A stretch of DNA of 64,000 nt from an uncultured virus (IMG/VR IMGVR_UViG_3300020048_000037) (taxonomy: Duplodnaviria; Heunggongvirae; Uroviricota; Caudoviricetes), in IMG/VR virus record IMGVR_UViG_3300020048_000037, one strand, 5' to 3'. The notes under the pieces were generated by a model that did no database searches, was not told where the DNA came from, and saw only the letters and a program-made list of their open reading frames with translations. Positions within the stretch are counted from its first letter, which is position 1, and every line of letters begins with the position of its first letter. The translations under genes and the position numbers were made by a program. Positions 47,847-59,430 of this stretch are shown piece by piece.

Positions 47847-48365
47847 ATGAAAAATTTAAAAACATTTGATATTTTCAATGAAAATAATATAACTAATAAT
47901 GATCAATCAATAATAGATGATATACTATCAACAAACGAGAGTGTTGGTTCTTGGTTTGAAAAATTTATAAATTATGGTAAAAAGGGATTGTTGACAGCAG
48001 CTATAGTATTATCTGTTGCATTTTCTACACAAGCTAAAAATCAAAATAAAACAACAGATGTTATTAATCATGGTATAGAACTATTACAATCATCTGAAAA
48101 AAAAGATGTGTATTCTTTCTTTGTTGGTATTGCAGCAGAAAGTGCATCTATATCAATGAAAAATGGTGAAATAGAATCTTCTGCTGGTTTCATAGAACTA
48201 TCAAAACACTATCAATCATTGAGAGATAATAAAATACCTGATAAATTATCAAAAAATGCTATAAAATGCTTTGAATCTATTAAAAATATAACTAAAAAAT
48301 TAGATAAAAATGATTTTATTCATTTTATTCAAGAAGGTAAAAACTTACACACCACAACTAATTAA
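47847..48365 (+). CDS. MK..F(D/E)-leader protein with internal signal-peptide-like segment
   Basis: MKNLKTFD start; KKGLLTAAIVLSVAFSTQA. Confidence 0.6.
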   Translation: MKNLKTFDIFNENNITNNDQSIIDDILSTNESVGSWFEKFINYGKKGLLTAAIVLSVAFSTQAKNQNKTTDVINHGIELLQSSEKKDVYSFFVGIAAESASISMKNGEIESSAGFIELSKHYQSLRDNKIPDKLSKNAIKCFESIKNITKKLDKNDFIHFIQEGKNLHTTTN

Positions 48366-48381
48366 TATTAAATAGTATTTT

Positions 48382-50494
48382 TTATAAGTTAAATTTATTT
48401 GTTGCTATCATCAGATCAACATCATTTCTACTTATGATGTTAAATTGTTCACTTAGTTTAAATGATATAAGATATTGTCTATATTCATTGATTTCTTGTA
48501 TTGTATTTGATGTGAGAGCAAGAAGAAACCTTAAATGGTTTGGTGTAAAAACATCACTATTATAACAAAAAATAAAAATATTAAATTCTTTTCTTGTTTC
48601 ATTATAATATATATCATAATCTGATTGGTTTTCATTTAATGTTTGTATATCATTAGACAATATTGTTAAATCAACATATTTTTTAAAATATGTAAAGAAA
48701 TGATGTATACTATCATTATATTGTTTATATGTTTTCATAAGTTAAATTTATTTAAGTTTGATATATATGGAACTTCTTCTTTTGTTATATTTTTCCATGG
48801 ATAATTTGTGATTTTAATACTTCTTCTAATTTCAGATAAAGATGAATCAATATATATTTGTGTCATTTGCATAGCATATTTAAATTTGTGCTTTTCAACA
48901 AATAACATATTAGTTCCAGATTTTATATATGCATATATAATAAATATATTATTATTATTTTCAGTTAGATTATAAATATCATATTCTATATTATTTTCAT
49001 CTAATAAATTTGCGTTACTAATTATTTCATCACTATATCCATTGAATCTAATTGTATATATTAAATTAATTTCTTTTTTACTTTCATTGTATTGATTATA
49101 TGTTTTCACAAGTTAAATTTGTTTGTAATTTCTTTATATTTAGCAAATTTTTCAGCATCAATTTTTTTCTTAAAACAATGTTCAATATCACTTAATATAA
49201 TATATGTTCTATAATAATTTTCATTTTCTGTTATTACTGCAATAAAATGTATTTTTATATCATCTGGTACATTATCATATCTAACACTAACATATCTGTT
49301 AGTACATTCAATTATTTCACCTACATTATTATTTATAAATCTACAAAACTCTTTTCTAAGATATTGATAGTCATTTTCATTCGCATTTGTTAAAATATAA
49401 TATCCTTTATCATAACCATATAATTTCTCATTCTCAGTTAATTCTTCATTAAATATTTTTATTATCATATTATAAATTAAATTTTTCTGCTGATAACATC
49501 AATTCTAAATCTTTCTTATTTTTACTACAATATTTTATTTCATCTAATGAAAAAAGAAATCCATCATCAGTTCCAACCGCTATGAAATCTTTTAATGAAT
49601 CTAATTTTGCATCATCAAAATCAAAACTTACTATATATGGATAGTTTGCAGAAAAATTAGTATTAATGTCAATTATTTGTCCTATTTCACCATAACTATC
49701 GTTAGTTACTGGACTCAAATCTTGACAAATAACATAATCTCCAATAGTTGGATTATGATCATTCAGTTCATATAATTTAAATTTTGTTATCATATTATAT
49801 GTTAAATTTATTTGCATTTATTATAGTAAAAACATCTTCATATGTTATTGGTGGTGTTTTTTTAATAAATTCTTCAACAGTCTTTCTTGTTGCATCATAA
49901 TTAAATATATTATAATCATCTGGAATATTATCAATAGTAAAATATCCAGGTAATAAAGTAAATATGGAAAATTTAACAGTTGGTAATTGATTATTAAAAA
50001 TATAATAATCAATGTGTGATTTATCTAATATATCTAAATCTCCTTTCATTTCAGATATATTATTATCATTATATTTTTTATAATAAACATATTCACGTTG
50101 TGTATTTTCATTAAATCTTTCTATCTTCATATTATAAGTTAAATTTATTTGTTGATAATTCTAATTCTAAGTCTAATTTATCTTCAGACCAATGTTTTAT
50201 ATCATTATAATTAAAATATATTATACATTTATGCTTACTTTCAGAATATTTTTTCATTATGAACTCAGTTGCATTATTATATTCAACAACAACAGTAATA
50301 TCATCAAAATTTTCTTCATTATCATTAGGATATTCTATCTCAATAATCTTTCCTATATTAGTATCAAAAAATTCATTTGAAACAATCTCATTATCTAAAT
50401 AATAACCAGGAGTACCTAAATGACAAATCACATAACATCCAACATCAAATCCTCCTAAATCCAACTCTTCAAACATTTTAAATTTTGTTATCAT
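48382..50494 (-). other. Array of six KFNL-family ORFs (48382, 48735, 49106, 49470-49793, 49795, 50132)
   Basis: Starts MKTYKQYND, MKTYNQYNE, MIIKIFNE, MITKFKLYE, MKIERFNE, MITKFKMFE; all end KFN(L/I). Confidence 0.8.
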
Positions 50495-50558
50495 TATAAA
50501 TTATATTTATTATTTTTATTATTTTTATTATTATTCTATATATTTAATTTTTAAATAC

Positions 50559-50589
50559 AAAAAAACCTATGATAATTATCATAGGTTTT
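50559..50589. terminator. Intrinsic terminator
   Basis: AAAACCTATGAT AATT ATCATAGGTTTT. Confidence 0.7.
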
Positions 50590-50656
50590 AAAAACATGTT
50601 GTTAGTATTTATTTTAATACAGATATAGAAAAATAATAATTCAAAATTTTAAATGT

Positions 50657-51267
<611 letters not shown>

Positions 51268-51471
51268 TTAAGTATATTTCTTCAACAATTTTTTGAAAAT
51301 CCTCTATCTGAGTTTTAGTAAAATAATGCATTTTTACACTATGAGTGTATTTATCATTTTTATAACATTTATATAAATAACATTGTTCAGATGTTATATC
51401 ACTAACAGTTTGTGTGTATTTAGGCTTAAACTCAATTACTATTTTATTGATTAATTCTTTAATTTTTTTTA

Positions 51472-52236
51472 TCATTCTTCTATATTTTTAATTGAATTAA
51501 CACTTAAAACCTTAAAATATTTATCACCAAATTCATTTATAGTAGTAACAACATTCATCTCAAGTACTTTATTTTTTATTCTTTTAGCTTTTCCATTTAT
51601 TCTTGGTAATCCATATGTATATCCAGCATAAAAATTTTCTGAATAATCATCAAATCTAATATCAAACATTCTATCACCATACCTACCTTGATCATCTAAC
51701 GAATGATAAAAATTATGATAAAAAATGCCTGGAGTTTTATATTTATCATATATTTCTGAAATTTCTTTTTCTCTTTTTTCGATATTGTTTATTTTTTCAA
51801 TATGCTCATTACATAATTCAACAGAAGAAAAAATCATATCTTCATAAAAAGCACAACCTAATTCAATCAATCTATTTTTAACTATATTATAACGTTCATT
51901 ATAAACTCCATTTTGAAAATACCACATCAAATAAGATTGATCATTACATTTACTTATGAGTGATCCTTCATATTTACCAAAATGAAAGTATTCATCTGGA
52001 TATACAAATTTAGGTTCTTTTGACCAGCTTTCACTCTTTCCTCGTAAATCATCATCAATTGTAACATCAGGGTAAAGTTCTTTAACTTTTTCTAAATCAA
52101 AAGAAATGTTCTTTATGTAGTTATAATTCTGCTTTATACCATATTGAAATGATTTTTCACCAATTGTGGTATATAAAGGTTCTTCTGAATAACTCCAAAG
52201 AGTATAATACTTATTTGAAAATCCAATTAGGTTCAT
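51472..52236 (-). CDS. Hypothetical protein with FGKY(E/K)G motif
   Basis: FHFGKYEG..I.....SYLMW; promoter TTTG-N20-TACTTTTG at 52268-52299 supports start at 52236. Confidence 0.5.
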   Translation of the reverse strand: MNLIGFSNKYYTLWSYSEEPLYTTIGEKSFQYGIKQNYNYIKNISFDLEKVKELYPDVTIDDDLRGKSESWSKEPKFVYPDEYFHFGKYEGSLISKCNDQSYLMWYFQNGVYNERYNIVKNRLIELGCAFYEDMIFSSVELCNEHIEKINNIEKREKEISEIYDKYKTPGIFYHNFYHSLDDQGRYGDRMFDIRFDDYSENFYAGYTYGLPRINGKAKRIKNKVLEMNVVTTINEFGDKYFKVLSVNSIKNIEE

Positions 52237-52583
52237 AATGACAATTTTTAATTGTTTAATTGATATGCAAAAGTACAAAAAATATCTGATATACACAAAT
52301 ATCTGATAATATTTATTATTATTTCATGTTAAATATGATTAAATTTGAAACATTACATATAAATAATTATATAAAAATAAAAACTAAATTATATGGGCTT
52401 TAATAAAAGAATTATTTCAAAAGATTCACTTAAAAAATATGCGAATACTGATTATATACAATTTTTTAATTATTTTAAAACAGATGTAATTTTGTTTGAT
52501 GATATATTTTCTTTGAATATTATGAAAGAACTAAAAAATTACAAAATAGAAGATAAAGATGAAATACTAAAAATAATGATTAA

Positions 52584-52829
52584 ATGTATATGAAATATAT
52601 ATGTAAAAAAAGTTATAGTGATATTTTTTGCGTTGGTGATTATTATGAAGTAACTAGAATAGATAATAAAGGTCATTATAATCATATTATAATTAGAGGA
52701 TATATCTTTATTGATAAATATTCTGAATATATTAAACCATTTATTTATGATTATTTTACTGATATATCAGAAATTAGAAAAATTAAATTAGAAAAATTAA
52801 ATGAAATACAAATGCAAAATAGCATATAG
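52584..52829 (+). CDS. RKxKL-tail family small protein
   Basis: MKYICKK..DYF..SEIRKIKLEKL. Confidence 0.7.
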   Translation: MYMKYICKKSYSDIFCVGDYYEVTRIDNKGHYNHIIIRGYIFIDKYSEYIKPFIYDYFTDISEIRKIKLEKLNEIQMQNSI

Positions 52830-53016
52830 TACAGATTTTGTTATAGGTAAATATTATGAAGCTGATGACGAATTATCATCAGATGTGTTTTTATTAATTA
52901 ATGGATATTGGTTTTATGACTTTGATAACATACGTAAATCTAATATTAATGATTATTTTTATAGTACAATAGAATTAAGAAGAAAAAAACTAGAAAAATT
53001 GAAATGTATTGAATAA
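52801..53016 (+). CDS. RKxKL-tail family small protein
   Basis: MKYKCK..DYF..ELRRKKLEKL. Confidence 0.7.
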   Translation: MKYKCKIAYSTDFVIGKYYEADDELSSDVFLLINGYWFYDFDNIRKSNINDYFYSTIELRRKKLEKLKCIE

Positions 53017-53051
53017 TTTTTTATATCTTTGTAAATTATAAAAATAATAAT

Positions 53052-53789
53052 ATGAAAGTAAGATTATCTTCGTTTGATACTCAAAAAGAATATGATTCAA
53101 AATATGAATGGAATTGTTTTTGTCAAGGTGGTGGTTCTGGATTAGTACTACCATCAGGTTCTTTTGATAAAATAATGACTGGTGGAAAACCTTTAGAAGC
53201 TTTATCAGAAGGTATTTTGAATACTGAATCTTATACAACTGCGTTTTTTGAAGCATTTCCAAAAACTCCAAGCTGTTTTATTCGTGGTGAAGGTAAAACA
53301 ATATATGATGCAGAAGAAGATGCTTGGAAAAAATATCAAAAGATTGTTACATGTAATCATGAAATGGAACGTAGAAATAGAACTGATGGATATGCATATT
53401 GCAAACATTGTTCATATTCAGCAATAGTATTTGAGCCTTTAACTAAATGCTGTAAATGTGATAAACCCACTTCACATAGTACAGATTATAAAGGTAATTA
53501 TTATTGTAAAAAGCATTCTTCTACAAAACCAAAAAATCCAAAACCAGAAATATGGGAAAGATATTTAAGTAATAGATTACCAAGAAAAAGAAAAAAATTG
53601 TTAAAAATATGTGCTAAAAATAATTTTGATTCTGAGGAATGTACAGGAAAAATTAAATTTACATATAAATTATATAAAGTATTTATCTGCAATGGATTCA
53701 GACTTGATATATTATTTAAAAAGCAAGAACTAGAATTCATAAAAAAATGGAAAAAATATGGTACACACAAAAGGAAATATAATAGTTGA
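53052..53789 (+). CDS. Cys/His-rich hypothetical protein
   Basis: CNH, CKHC, CCKC, CKKH; TATCTTTG promoter element at 53024-53031. Confidence 0.55.
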   Translation: MKVRLSSFDTQKEYDSKYEWNCFCQGGGSGLVLPSGSFDKIMTGGKPLEALSEGILNTESYTTAFFEAFPKTPSCFIRGEGKTIYDAEEDAWKKYQKIVTCNHEMERRNRTDGYAYCKHCSYSAIVFEPLTKCCKCDKPTSHSTDYKGNYYCKKHSSTKPKNPKPEIWERYLSNRLPRKRKKLLKICAKNNFDSEECTGKIKFTYKLYKVFICNGFRLDILFKKQELEFIKKWKKYGTHKRKYNS

Positions 53790-54037
53790 TAATATAAAAA
53801 TAGGTGATATTCATTATGAATTCTCGTATTCAATGGGCACAAAAGTTGAAGTTTTAACATTACCTACAAGAAATGATGAAGGATTATGGACATGGAAAAG
53901 TAGAAATGTGACGACAGGATATATTATTGATTATTCTGTTCATGAAAAATTCACACAATATAGTCCTAATTTATATGACCAGTCAAAGAAAACACACAAG
54001 TCTTTAGCTTGTGTGATGAATTTGACAAAAAGTAATT

Positions 54038-54425
54038 CTAACCTTGAGTTAAAATATATTGTTTAATGGTGTTTGGATTTGCTTCTCCAATAGAACAAAC
54101 AAAATAACCATCTGACCAAAATGTTTTTTCTACCCANNNNNNNNNNGTCATATATGATATGTGCTTTCTTGTTTTAATTTCCTTACTATTAAAGTAATAG
54201 ATAACTAGGACTATATCTAATAAGAAAATGAATATGATCTATATCAGATTCCATAACTTCTATTTCAAAATCACTTTTAGAAGCAATGTTTAGTAATAAT
54301 TGCTTCATATCATCTTTTAACTGACCAACAAGTAATTTCTTTCTGTATTTACATACAAAGATTAAATGATATTTTAAATAATGTTTTGAACGAATTGTTG
54401 AATTGTGTTTTGAATTTTTAGACAT
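54038..54425 (-). pseudogene. tnpA: IS200-type HUH transposase with frameshift, premature TGA and gap
   Basis: YHLIFVCKYRK, DHIHFL; shifted frame continues LSIT.IVRKLKQESTYHI*; distal FWSDGYFVCSIG..IKQYI..QG. Confidence 0.8.
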
Positions 54426-54529
54426 AACTTTTAATTTTTTTGTGAATGTTTCTCAAAATGAATGGAAACATTTACAAAAAAATTAAAAAAATGTAAAAAA
54501 TGACTTTTAAAGTTTAATATATACATTAT

Positions 54530-55711
54530 ATGAAAACAATATTTAAGTCATTTAAGTTTAGAATATATCCAAATAAAGAACAAGAAATCTTGTTTGCTAA
54601 ACACTTTGGTGCTTGTAGATTTGTTTTTAATCATTATTTAAACAAAAGAAAAGAAAGTTATCTTGGTGAAGACAAGAAATCACTAAATTACTATGATAAT
54701 GCTAATGATTTAACACAATTTAAGAAAGATGAAAAATATAATTGGTTGAAAGAAATTAATAGTCAATCACTCCAATCATCTTTAAGAAACCTTGATACTG
54801 CTTATGGTAAATTTTTTAGAAAACAAACTAAATTTCCAAGATTTAAATCAAAATATGATAACCAATCATTTAATATACCACAATTCGTTAAATTAGAAAA
54901 TAATGAATTAATAATTCCTAAATTCAAAGGTGGAATTAAAATTAATTTACACAGAGAAATTAATGGTGAAATATTGTTTGCTACTATATCTAAATCAACA
55001 ACATGTAAATACTATGTCTCCATCACATGTGAAGTAAATCATAAACCTTTTGATAAAACTGGTAGTGAAGTAGGTATAGATACAGGTATCAAGGATTTAG
55101 CTATATTAAGTGATGGAACGACATATGAAAATATAAGAAGTTTAAAGATTAAATTAAAGAAGTTAAAATATAATCAAAGACAATTATCTAAAAAAACAAA
55201 AGGTGGTTCGTCAAGAAATAAACAAAAACAAAAACTTGCTATTGTTCATGAAAAAATAACTAATGTTAGAAAAGATTATTTACATAAAGTTTCAACCGAA
55301 ATTGTCAAAAACCACGATATTATATCAGTTGAAGATTTAGCGGTAAAAAATATAATGAAAAATCATTGTTTAGCACAAGCAATGTCTGATGTTAGTTTAG
55401 GTACATTCTATTCTATGTTGGAATACAAATGTGAATGGAATGATAAACAATTTGTTAAAATTGGTAGATTTTTTCCTTCATCTAAAATGTGTTCTAATTG
55501 TGGATGGATAAATCAAGATTTAACCTTGAATATTAGAGAATGGACTTGTACTTCATGTGGAGAAAAACATGACAGAGATTTTAATGCAAGTAAAAACATT
55601 TTAAAACAGGGTTTAAAAATATTGTCTGGTTCAGGGATTGAGTCGGACATTAAACAAAAACAGATGGAGGCGTTGCCGTTAGGTGAGTCTATGAAACCTG
55701 AAACACATTAG
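54530..55711 (+). CDS. tnpB: TnpB RNA-guided endonuclease
   Basis: FKFRIYP..FGACRFVFN HTH, GIDTG, VEDL, PSSKMCSNCG, WTCTSCG..HDRDFNA. Confidence 0.95.
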   Translation: MKTIFKSFKFRIYPNKEQEILFAKHFGACRFVFNHYLNKRKESYLGEDKKSLNYYDNANDLTQFKKDEKYNWLKEINSQSLQSSLRNLDTAYGKFFRKQTKFPRFKSKYDNQSFNIPQFVKLENNELIIPKFKGGIKINLHREINGEILFATISKSTTCKYYVSITCEVNHKPFDKTGSEVGIDTGIKDLAILSDGTTYENIRSLKIKLKKLKYNQRQLSKKTKGGSSRNKQKQKLAIVHEKITNVRKDYLHKVSTEIVKNHDIISVEDLAVKNIMKNHCLAQAMSDVSLGTFYSMLEYKCEWNDKQFVKIGRFFPSSKMCSNCGWINQDLTLNIREWTCTSCGEKHDRDFNASKNILKQGLKILSGSGIESDIKQKQMEALPLGESMKPETH

Positions 55712-55770
55712 TCTTTAGCTAATGTGTAGTTCATATAGTTATATAGCATATCAAGTTACAAAATGGGTTT

Positions 55771-55801
55771 AAAAAAAGAAGCAAAAATATTGCTTCTTTT
55801 T
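55771..55801. terminator. Bidirectional terminator
   Basis: AAAAAGAAGCAA..TTGCTTCTTTTT. Confidence 0.7.
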
Positions 55802-56301
55802 CATATATTATATTTTGATGTTGCTATAAAAAGTGGTAAATCATGATTTATTTGCTCATATATTATTTTAAACTCATCAATTATATCACCTAATGTTTTA
55901 GATTTTATTATTATTTGTTCTAGTATAGGATAATATTTTTTTATTAATTCATCATATGCTTTGTCTGGAATTTTTTCTATTATAGTTTTTTTATTACTAA
56001 TAAAATCATTGATATTTGAACTACGATATTTCATTCTATTGCTATGAAATTTAGTATCAAAAGACAACATAGAAAAATCTTTTTCTTCATTAGTAATACT
56101 AATATTTCTTAATTCAATATCATCTAAATATTTTGAATGATCACGTATTTCTTCAGCTAATCCCCAAATAGGTGAACACGCTCTATAATGTGAATTGAAT
56201 GTCATAATATTATTTTTATTATTTATTGTAATATTAAATTTAGAATTCTTATATAGTACGACATCTTCATTTTTTTTATCAAAAGTTTTTAGATATTTCA
56301 T
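55801..56301 (-). CDS. MK..FE/KFNL family protein
   Basis: MKYLKTFD...TSKYNI; TAATATATAC upstream. Confidence 0.75.
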   Translation of the reverse strand: MKYLKTFDKKNEDVVLYKNSKFNITINNKNNIMTFNSHYRACSPIWGLAEEIRDHSKYLDDIELRNISITNEEKDFSMLSFDTKFHSNRMKYRSSNINDFISNKKTIIEKIPDKAYDELIKKYYPILEQIIIKSKTLGDIIDEFKIIYEQINHDLPLFIATSKYNI

Positions 56302-56596
56302 AGTGGTATATATTAATATTAGATGTTGGTTTCTTTTGCAGTTACATATAATACAAATTCTCCTATTGATGTTGTTACTCTATAGACAAGTTGCCCGTTA
56401 TTTATTACTGATAAAATATCAAGATATTCATCTATTTTATCTGATTCTGAGCTATTTAATGTTTTTAGTTCAAAATATGCATTTTCTTTTGTTATTTGTC
56501 TTAAATCTAAAATTTTAACTTCCATAAATTGTATTATTGTTAAAAATACCATCTATATATTTAAAAATAAATGGTAATACGCTGATTTATTTATTG

Positions 56597-56980
56597 TTAT
56601 ATATTAAATTTTTCAGATTGTTTTTTTATTAAATATTCATTATATTTATCTTTATGAGATTTTAGTAAATTGTAATATTTTTCTTTATAATCTGAATTAT
56701 AATAATTAAGATAATCTATAAAATCTTCATCCTCATTATCTTTTATATACCAATCTGCATCATTATCTATAAGTTTTTTAAATATTTCATATTTATTAAA
56801 CATTACACACATCATTAACGGAGTAATACCGTTGCTATCTACATAATTTATATCTACACCAAGTTCTATAAAATATAATGCATTTTCTATTTCATTATTT
56901 TCTATAGACATAATCAAATCTATTCCAGTATAATCAAAGTCCTTTCTTAATTTAGTTTCATATGTTTTAATATATTTCAT
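56597..56980 (-). CDS. Ankyrin-repeat protein carrying MK..YE leader and KFNI tail
   Basis: GVDINYVDSNGITPLMM..EIFKKLID.DAD; MKYIKTYE...SEKFNI. Confidence 0.8.
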   Translation of the reverse strand: MKYIKTYETKLRKDFDYTGIDLIMSIENNEIENALYFIELGVDINYVDSNGITPLMMCVMFNKYEIFKKLIDNDADWYIKDNEDEDFIDYLNYYNSDYKEKYYNLLKSHKDKYNEYLIKKQSEKFNI

Positions 56981-57321
56981 AAGTTGAATTTTTTAATATC
57001 ATTTTCTATCGCAATTTCTATATCTGTAGCAAATCTCAAATCATAAGGATGACACTCAAATACAGATACTATACCATCATATATATTAGCAAAATTTGTT
57101 AATGATTTTGGAAGATTATAATATTTTACTTCAACCCAACCAACCCATGCATTACGTACTACTCCTATGCGATTGTTGAAAAAATGATAAAACTCATCTA
57201 ATTTACTTTCTGGTATATTGTTCCTGATTATTAAATTGTGAATGTCTTTAAACACAACTAAATCATTCACATGATATTTTTGAATATCATGTATTCCTTC
57301 AAATATCTTTAAGTATTTCAT
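56977..57321 (-). CDS. MK..FE/KFNL family small protein
   Basis: MKYLKIFE...IKKFNL. Confidence 0.8.
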   Translation of the reverse strand: MKYLKIFEGIHDIQKYHVNDLVVFKDIHNLIIRNNIPESKLDEFYHFFNNRIGVVRNAWVGWVEVKYYNLPKSLTNFANIYDGIVSVFECHPYDLRFATDIEIAIENDIKKFNL

Positions 57322-57611
57322 AAATTGAATTTTTCTGATTTTTTTCTTAATTCATAATCCTCAATTGAATTATCAGTTGTAAAAATTGAGCCAGCATACT
57401 CACATTCTTTTTCATTATTATATAAAATGCTAGTAACTGTATTAGTATCAAATTTTCCGTTATCGTCTTTTATTCTTTTTCCTACACTTGAATAATAAAT
57501 TTTATATTTTTTACCACTTGTATATTTCCAATAATAATCTTTATGAGGTTCTTTAACACACAATAAACCTTGGTTTACGTTATTATCTTCAAATGTTTTT
57601 ATATATTTCAT
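57318..57611 (-). CDS. MK..FE/KFNL family small protein
   Basis: MKYIKTFE...SEKFNL. Confidence 0.8.
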   Translation of the reverse strand: MKYIKTFEDNNVNQGLLCVKEPHKDYYWKYTSGKKYKIYYSSVGKRIKDDNGKFDTNTVTSILYNNEKECEYAGSIFTTDNSIEDYELRKKSEKFNL

Positions 57612-58021
57612 ATATTAAATTTTTTCATATCATATTTCATATTTACAAAATCTTTAACTCCATCAATACCAACTTCTTCTACTTCTTCTTTTGTAATAAG
57701 ATTATGATTAAATCCAATTTTATCATTTATTAATTTTGCATAATTAAAATCAATTAAAATCTTTTGTGTATTTTCATTTTGTAATGAAGATATTAGGTGA
57801 TAATTATATGAATCATAAAAAGGCGCAATACCTTGTTTAAGAAAATATATTAACACATCATCATCATCAATTGCTTTTTCAAATATATCATTATTATCAG
57901 CTTTATATCCTTTTTTAACAAAAAAATCTATAGCACTAATATCACAAGTATCTATAGCTTTTAATAGAAGCAATTCTTTAACTTCTTTTACATCATTATA
58001 TTTTTCAAATAGTTTTATCAT
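57608..58021 (-). CDS. KFNL family protein with degenerate ankyrin-like repeats
   Basis: MIKLFE..LLKAI..AIDFFVKKG..KAI..YFLKQG...MKKFNI. Confidence 0.6.
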   Translation of the reverse strand: MIKLFEKYNDVKEVKELLLLKAIDTCDISAIDFFVKKGYKADNNDIFEKAIDDDDVLIYFLKQGIAPFYDSYNYHLISSLQNENTQKILIDFNYAKLINDKIGFNHNLITKEEVEEVGIDGVKDFVNMKYDMKKFNI

Positions 58022-58074
58022 AAATTAATCTTTTATTATTTTATATATATAAAAAAATAAATATAATTTTTAAT

Positions 58075-59040
58075 ATGTACGACTTAATATTATCAATGAT
58101 AAAAGCAAATGAAGATTATGAAAATGAACTGAATTTCACAAAATCAGATATTGTAAATTTTATGAAAAAATACAATTTCAAAAGTGAAATCGAAGAATGT
58201 AATGAGATTGGTTGGATAATCTTATTGAGAAATAAATATATTACAAATGAAGAATTTGCAAAATTAATGGATGTTGAATATAAAGAAGATAAATTTTGGT
58301 TAGTTATAGACTCATTTGATAATATATTATCAGACAAATATGAAACTGAAATTAAAATTTTAAATCAAAATGATGATAATGAATGGTGGGATGTTTGTAA
58401 TTATTATGAAGTTTCTGATATAGAATCTTATTATTGGAGTATATACACAGAAGATACATTGAAAAATATAATAAAATATTGTATAGATAATGGTATTGAG
58501 ATAGAAAATGAAGATGGTAAAGATGAATTGATGACAGATGAAAATACATATCTGAAACAAGACAAAAAAGGAATTAATGATATTTATTTTAAATATGAAA
58601 ATGGAGAAGAAGTTAATTTGTCATCATTACTTGATGATGACGAATTCGAGGAATTGAAAACAATTTTAAATAGTTCAATTTGTGAGGCACAAGATGATGC
58701 AGATAAATCAGAGATTTATAATGATATAATGAAAGAATTTGAAAGTTCCATTGGTGTTATTAAAAGAGATACAATAAAGCAAATTAATTATAAAGGAGAA
58801 GAGCACGACATTGATAAAATTTATATAAATTTAGATAAACTTAAACTTTCTGATGTTGAATCTTTTCTACAAGATGATTATGAAGAATATGATTTTGAAT
58901 CAAAAAACTATGGAAGTTTAATTCACATATTAAAAGAAATGGAATATTTTGAATTTAGAACACCTGATTATAATAATGTTTATGGTAGTATTGATAATGA
59001 TATTTTGAATGAATATACACTAGATAGATTAAATGAATAA
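58075..59040 (+). CDS. Highly acidic hypothetical protein
   Basis: 321-aa ORF, D/E-rich throughout. Confidence 0.65.
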   Translation: MYDLILSMIKANEDYENELNFTKSDIVNFMKKYNFKSEIEECNEIGWIILLRNKYITNEEFAKLMDVEYKEDKFWLVIDSFDNILSDKYETEIKILNQNDDNEWWDVCNYYEVSDIESYYWSIYTEDTLKNIIKYCIDNGIEIENEDGKDELMTDENTYLKQDKKGINDIYFKYENGEEVNLSSLLDDDEFEELKTILNSSICEAQDDADKSEIYNDIMKEFESSIGVIKRDTIKQINYKGEEHDIDKIYINLDKLKLSDVESFLQDDYEEYDFESKNYGSLIHILKEMEYFEFRTPDYNNVYGSIDNDILNEYTLDRLNE

Positions 59041-59430
59041 TTATAAATTGAATTTTTTTGTGTCAATATATAATTCATATATCTCTATTATTTTTTTAAT
59101 AGTAATCTTTATTGTTATTTCAACAGTTCTTTGATTAAATCCATATTTATCTTTTTCATTAAAATATTTTTCTGTGACATTATTATCTAAATTGTTTTCA
59201 CTTAAAAAATTCTCAAAAATTTAAAACTCTTCATCTTCTGTGATATCAGCATTAAAATAAAATGAAAACTCACACTCATTTTTAATATCAGGATCATAAC
59301 CATATAAACAGTCTTTAAATCCCTTTATTCTTGGCATTAAATCTTCTAAGTAACAACAAACAGTATATAATATTTCTGTATTTAATGCTCCTTTTATGAA
59401 TTCACTTTCAAATTGTTTAATATGTTTCAT
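59041..59430 (-). pseudogene. MK..FE/KFNL family member with in-frame TAA (59221-59223)
   Basis: MKHIKQFE...DEEF*IFENF...DTKKFNL in one frame. Confidence 0.75.

Larger units (their letters stand above)
53975..55734. mobile_element. IS200/IS605-family element (divergent tnpA + tnpB)
   Basis: Related subterminal hairpins CACACAAG-TCTTTAG-CTTGTGTG and ACACATTAG-TCTTTAG-CTAATGTGT; inserted 3' of TTTAT; ends TCAT; no target duplication. Confidence 0.85.
53758..55772 (+). pseudogene. Small gene interrupted by the IS605-type element
   Basis: Joining 53974 to 55735 restores ...YSPNLYSYIAYQVTKWV-stop. Confidence 0.65.

Noticed and set aside
53975..55734. IStron, or a TnpB-plus-array (Cas12-like) system with the 50657-50956 repeats
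   Set aside because: There is no group I intron sequence in the element. TnpB sits inside a complete IS with its own ends, 3 kb from the array with unrelated genes between.
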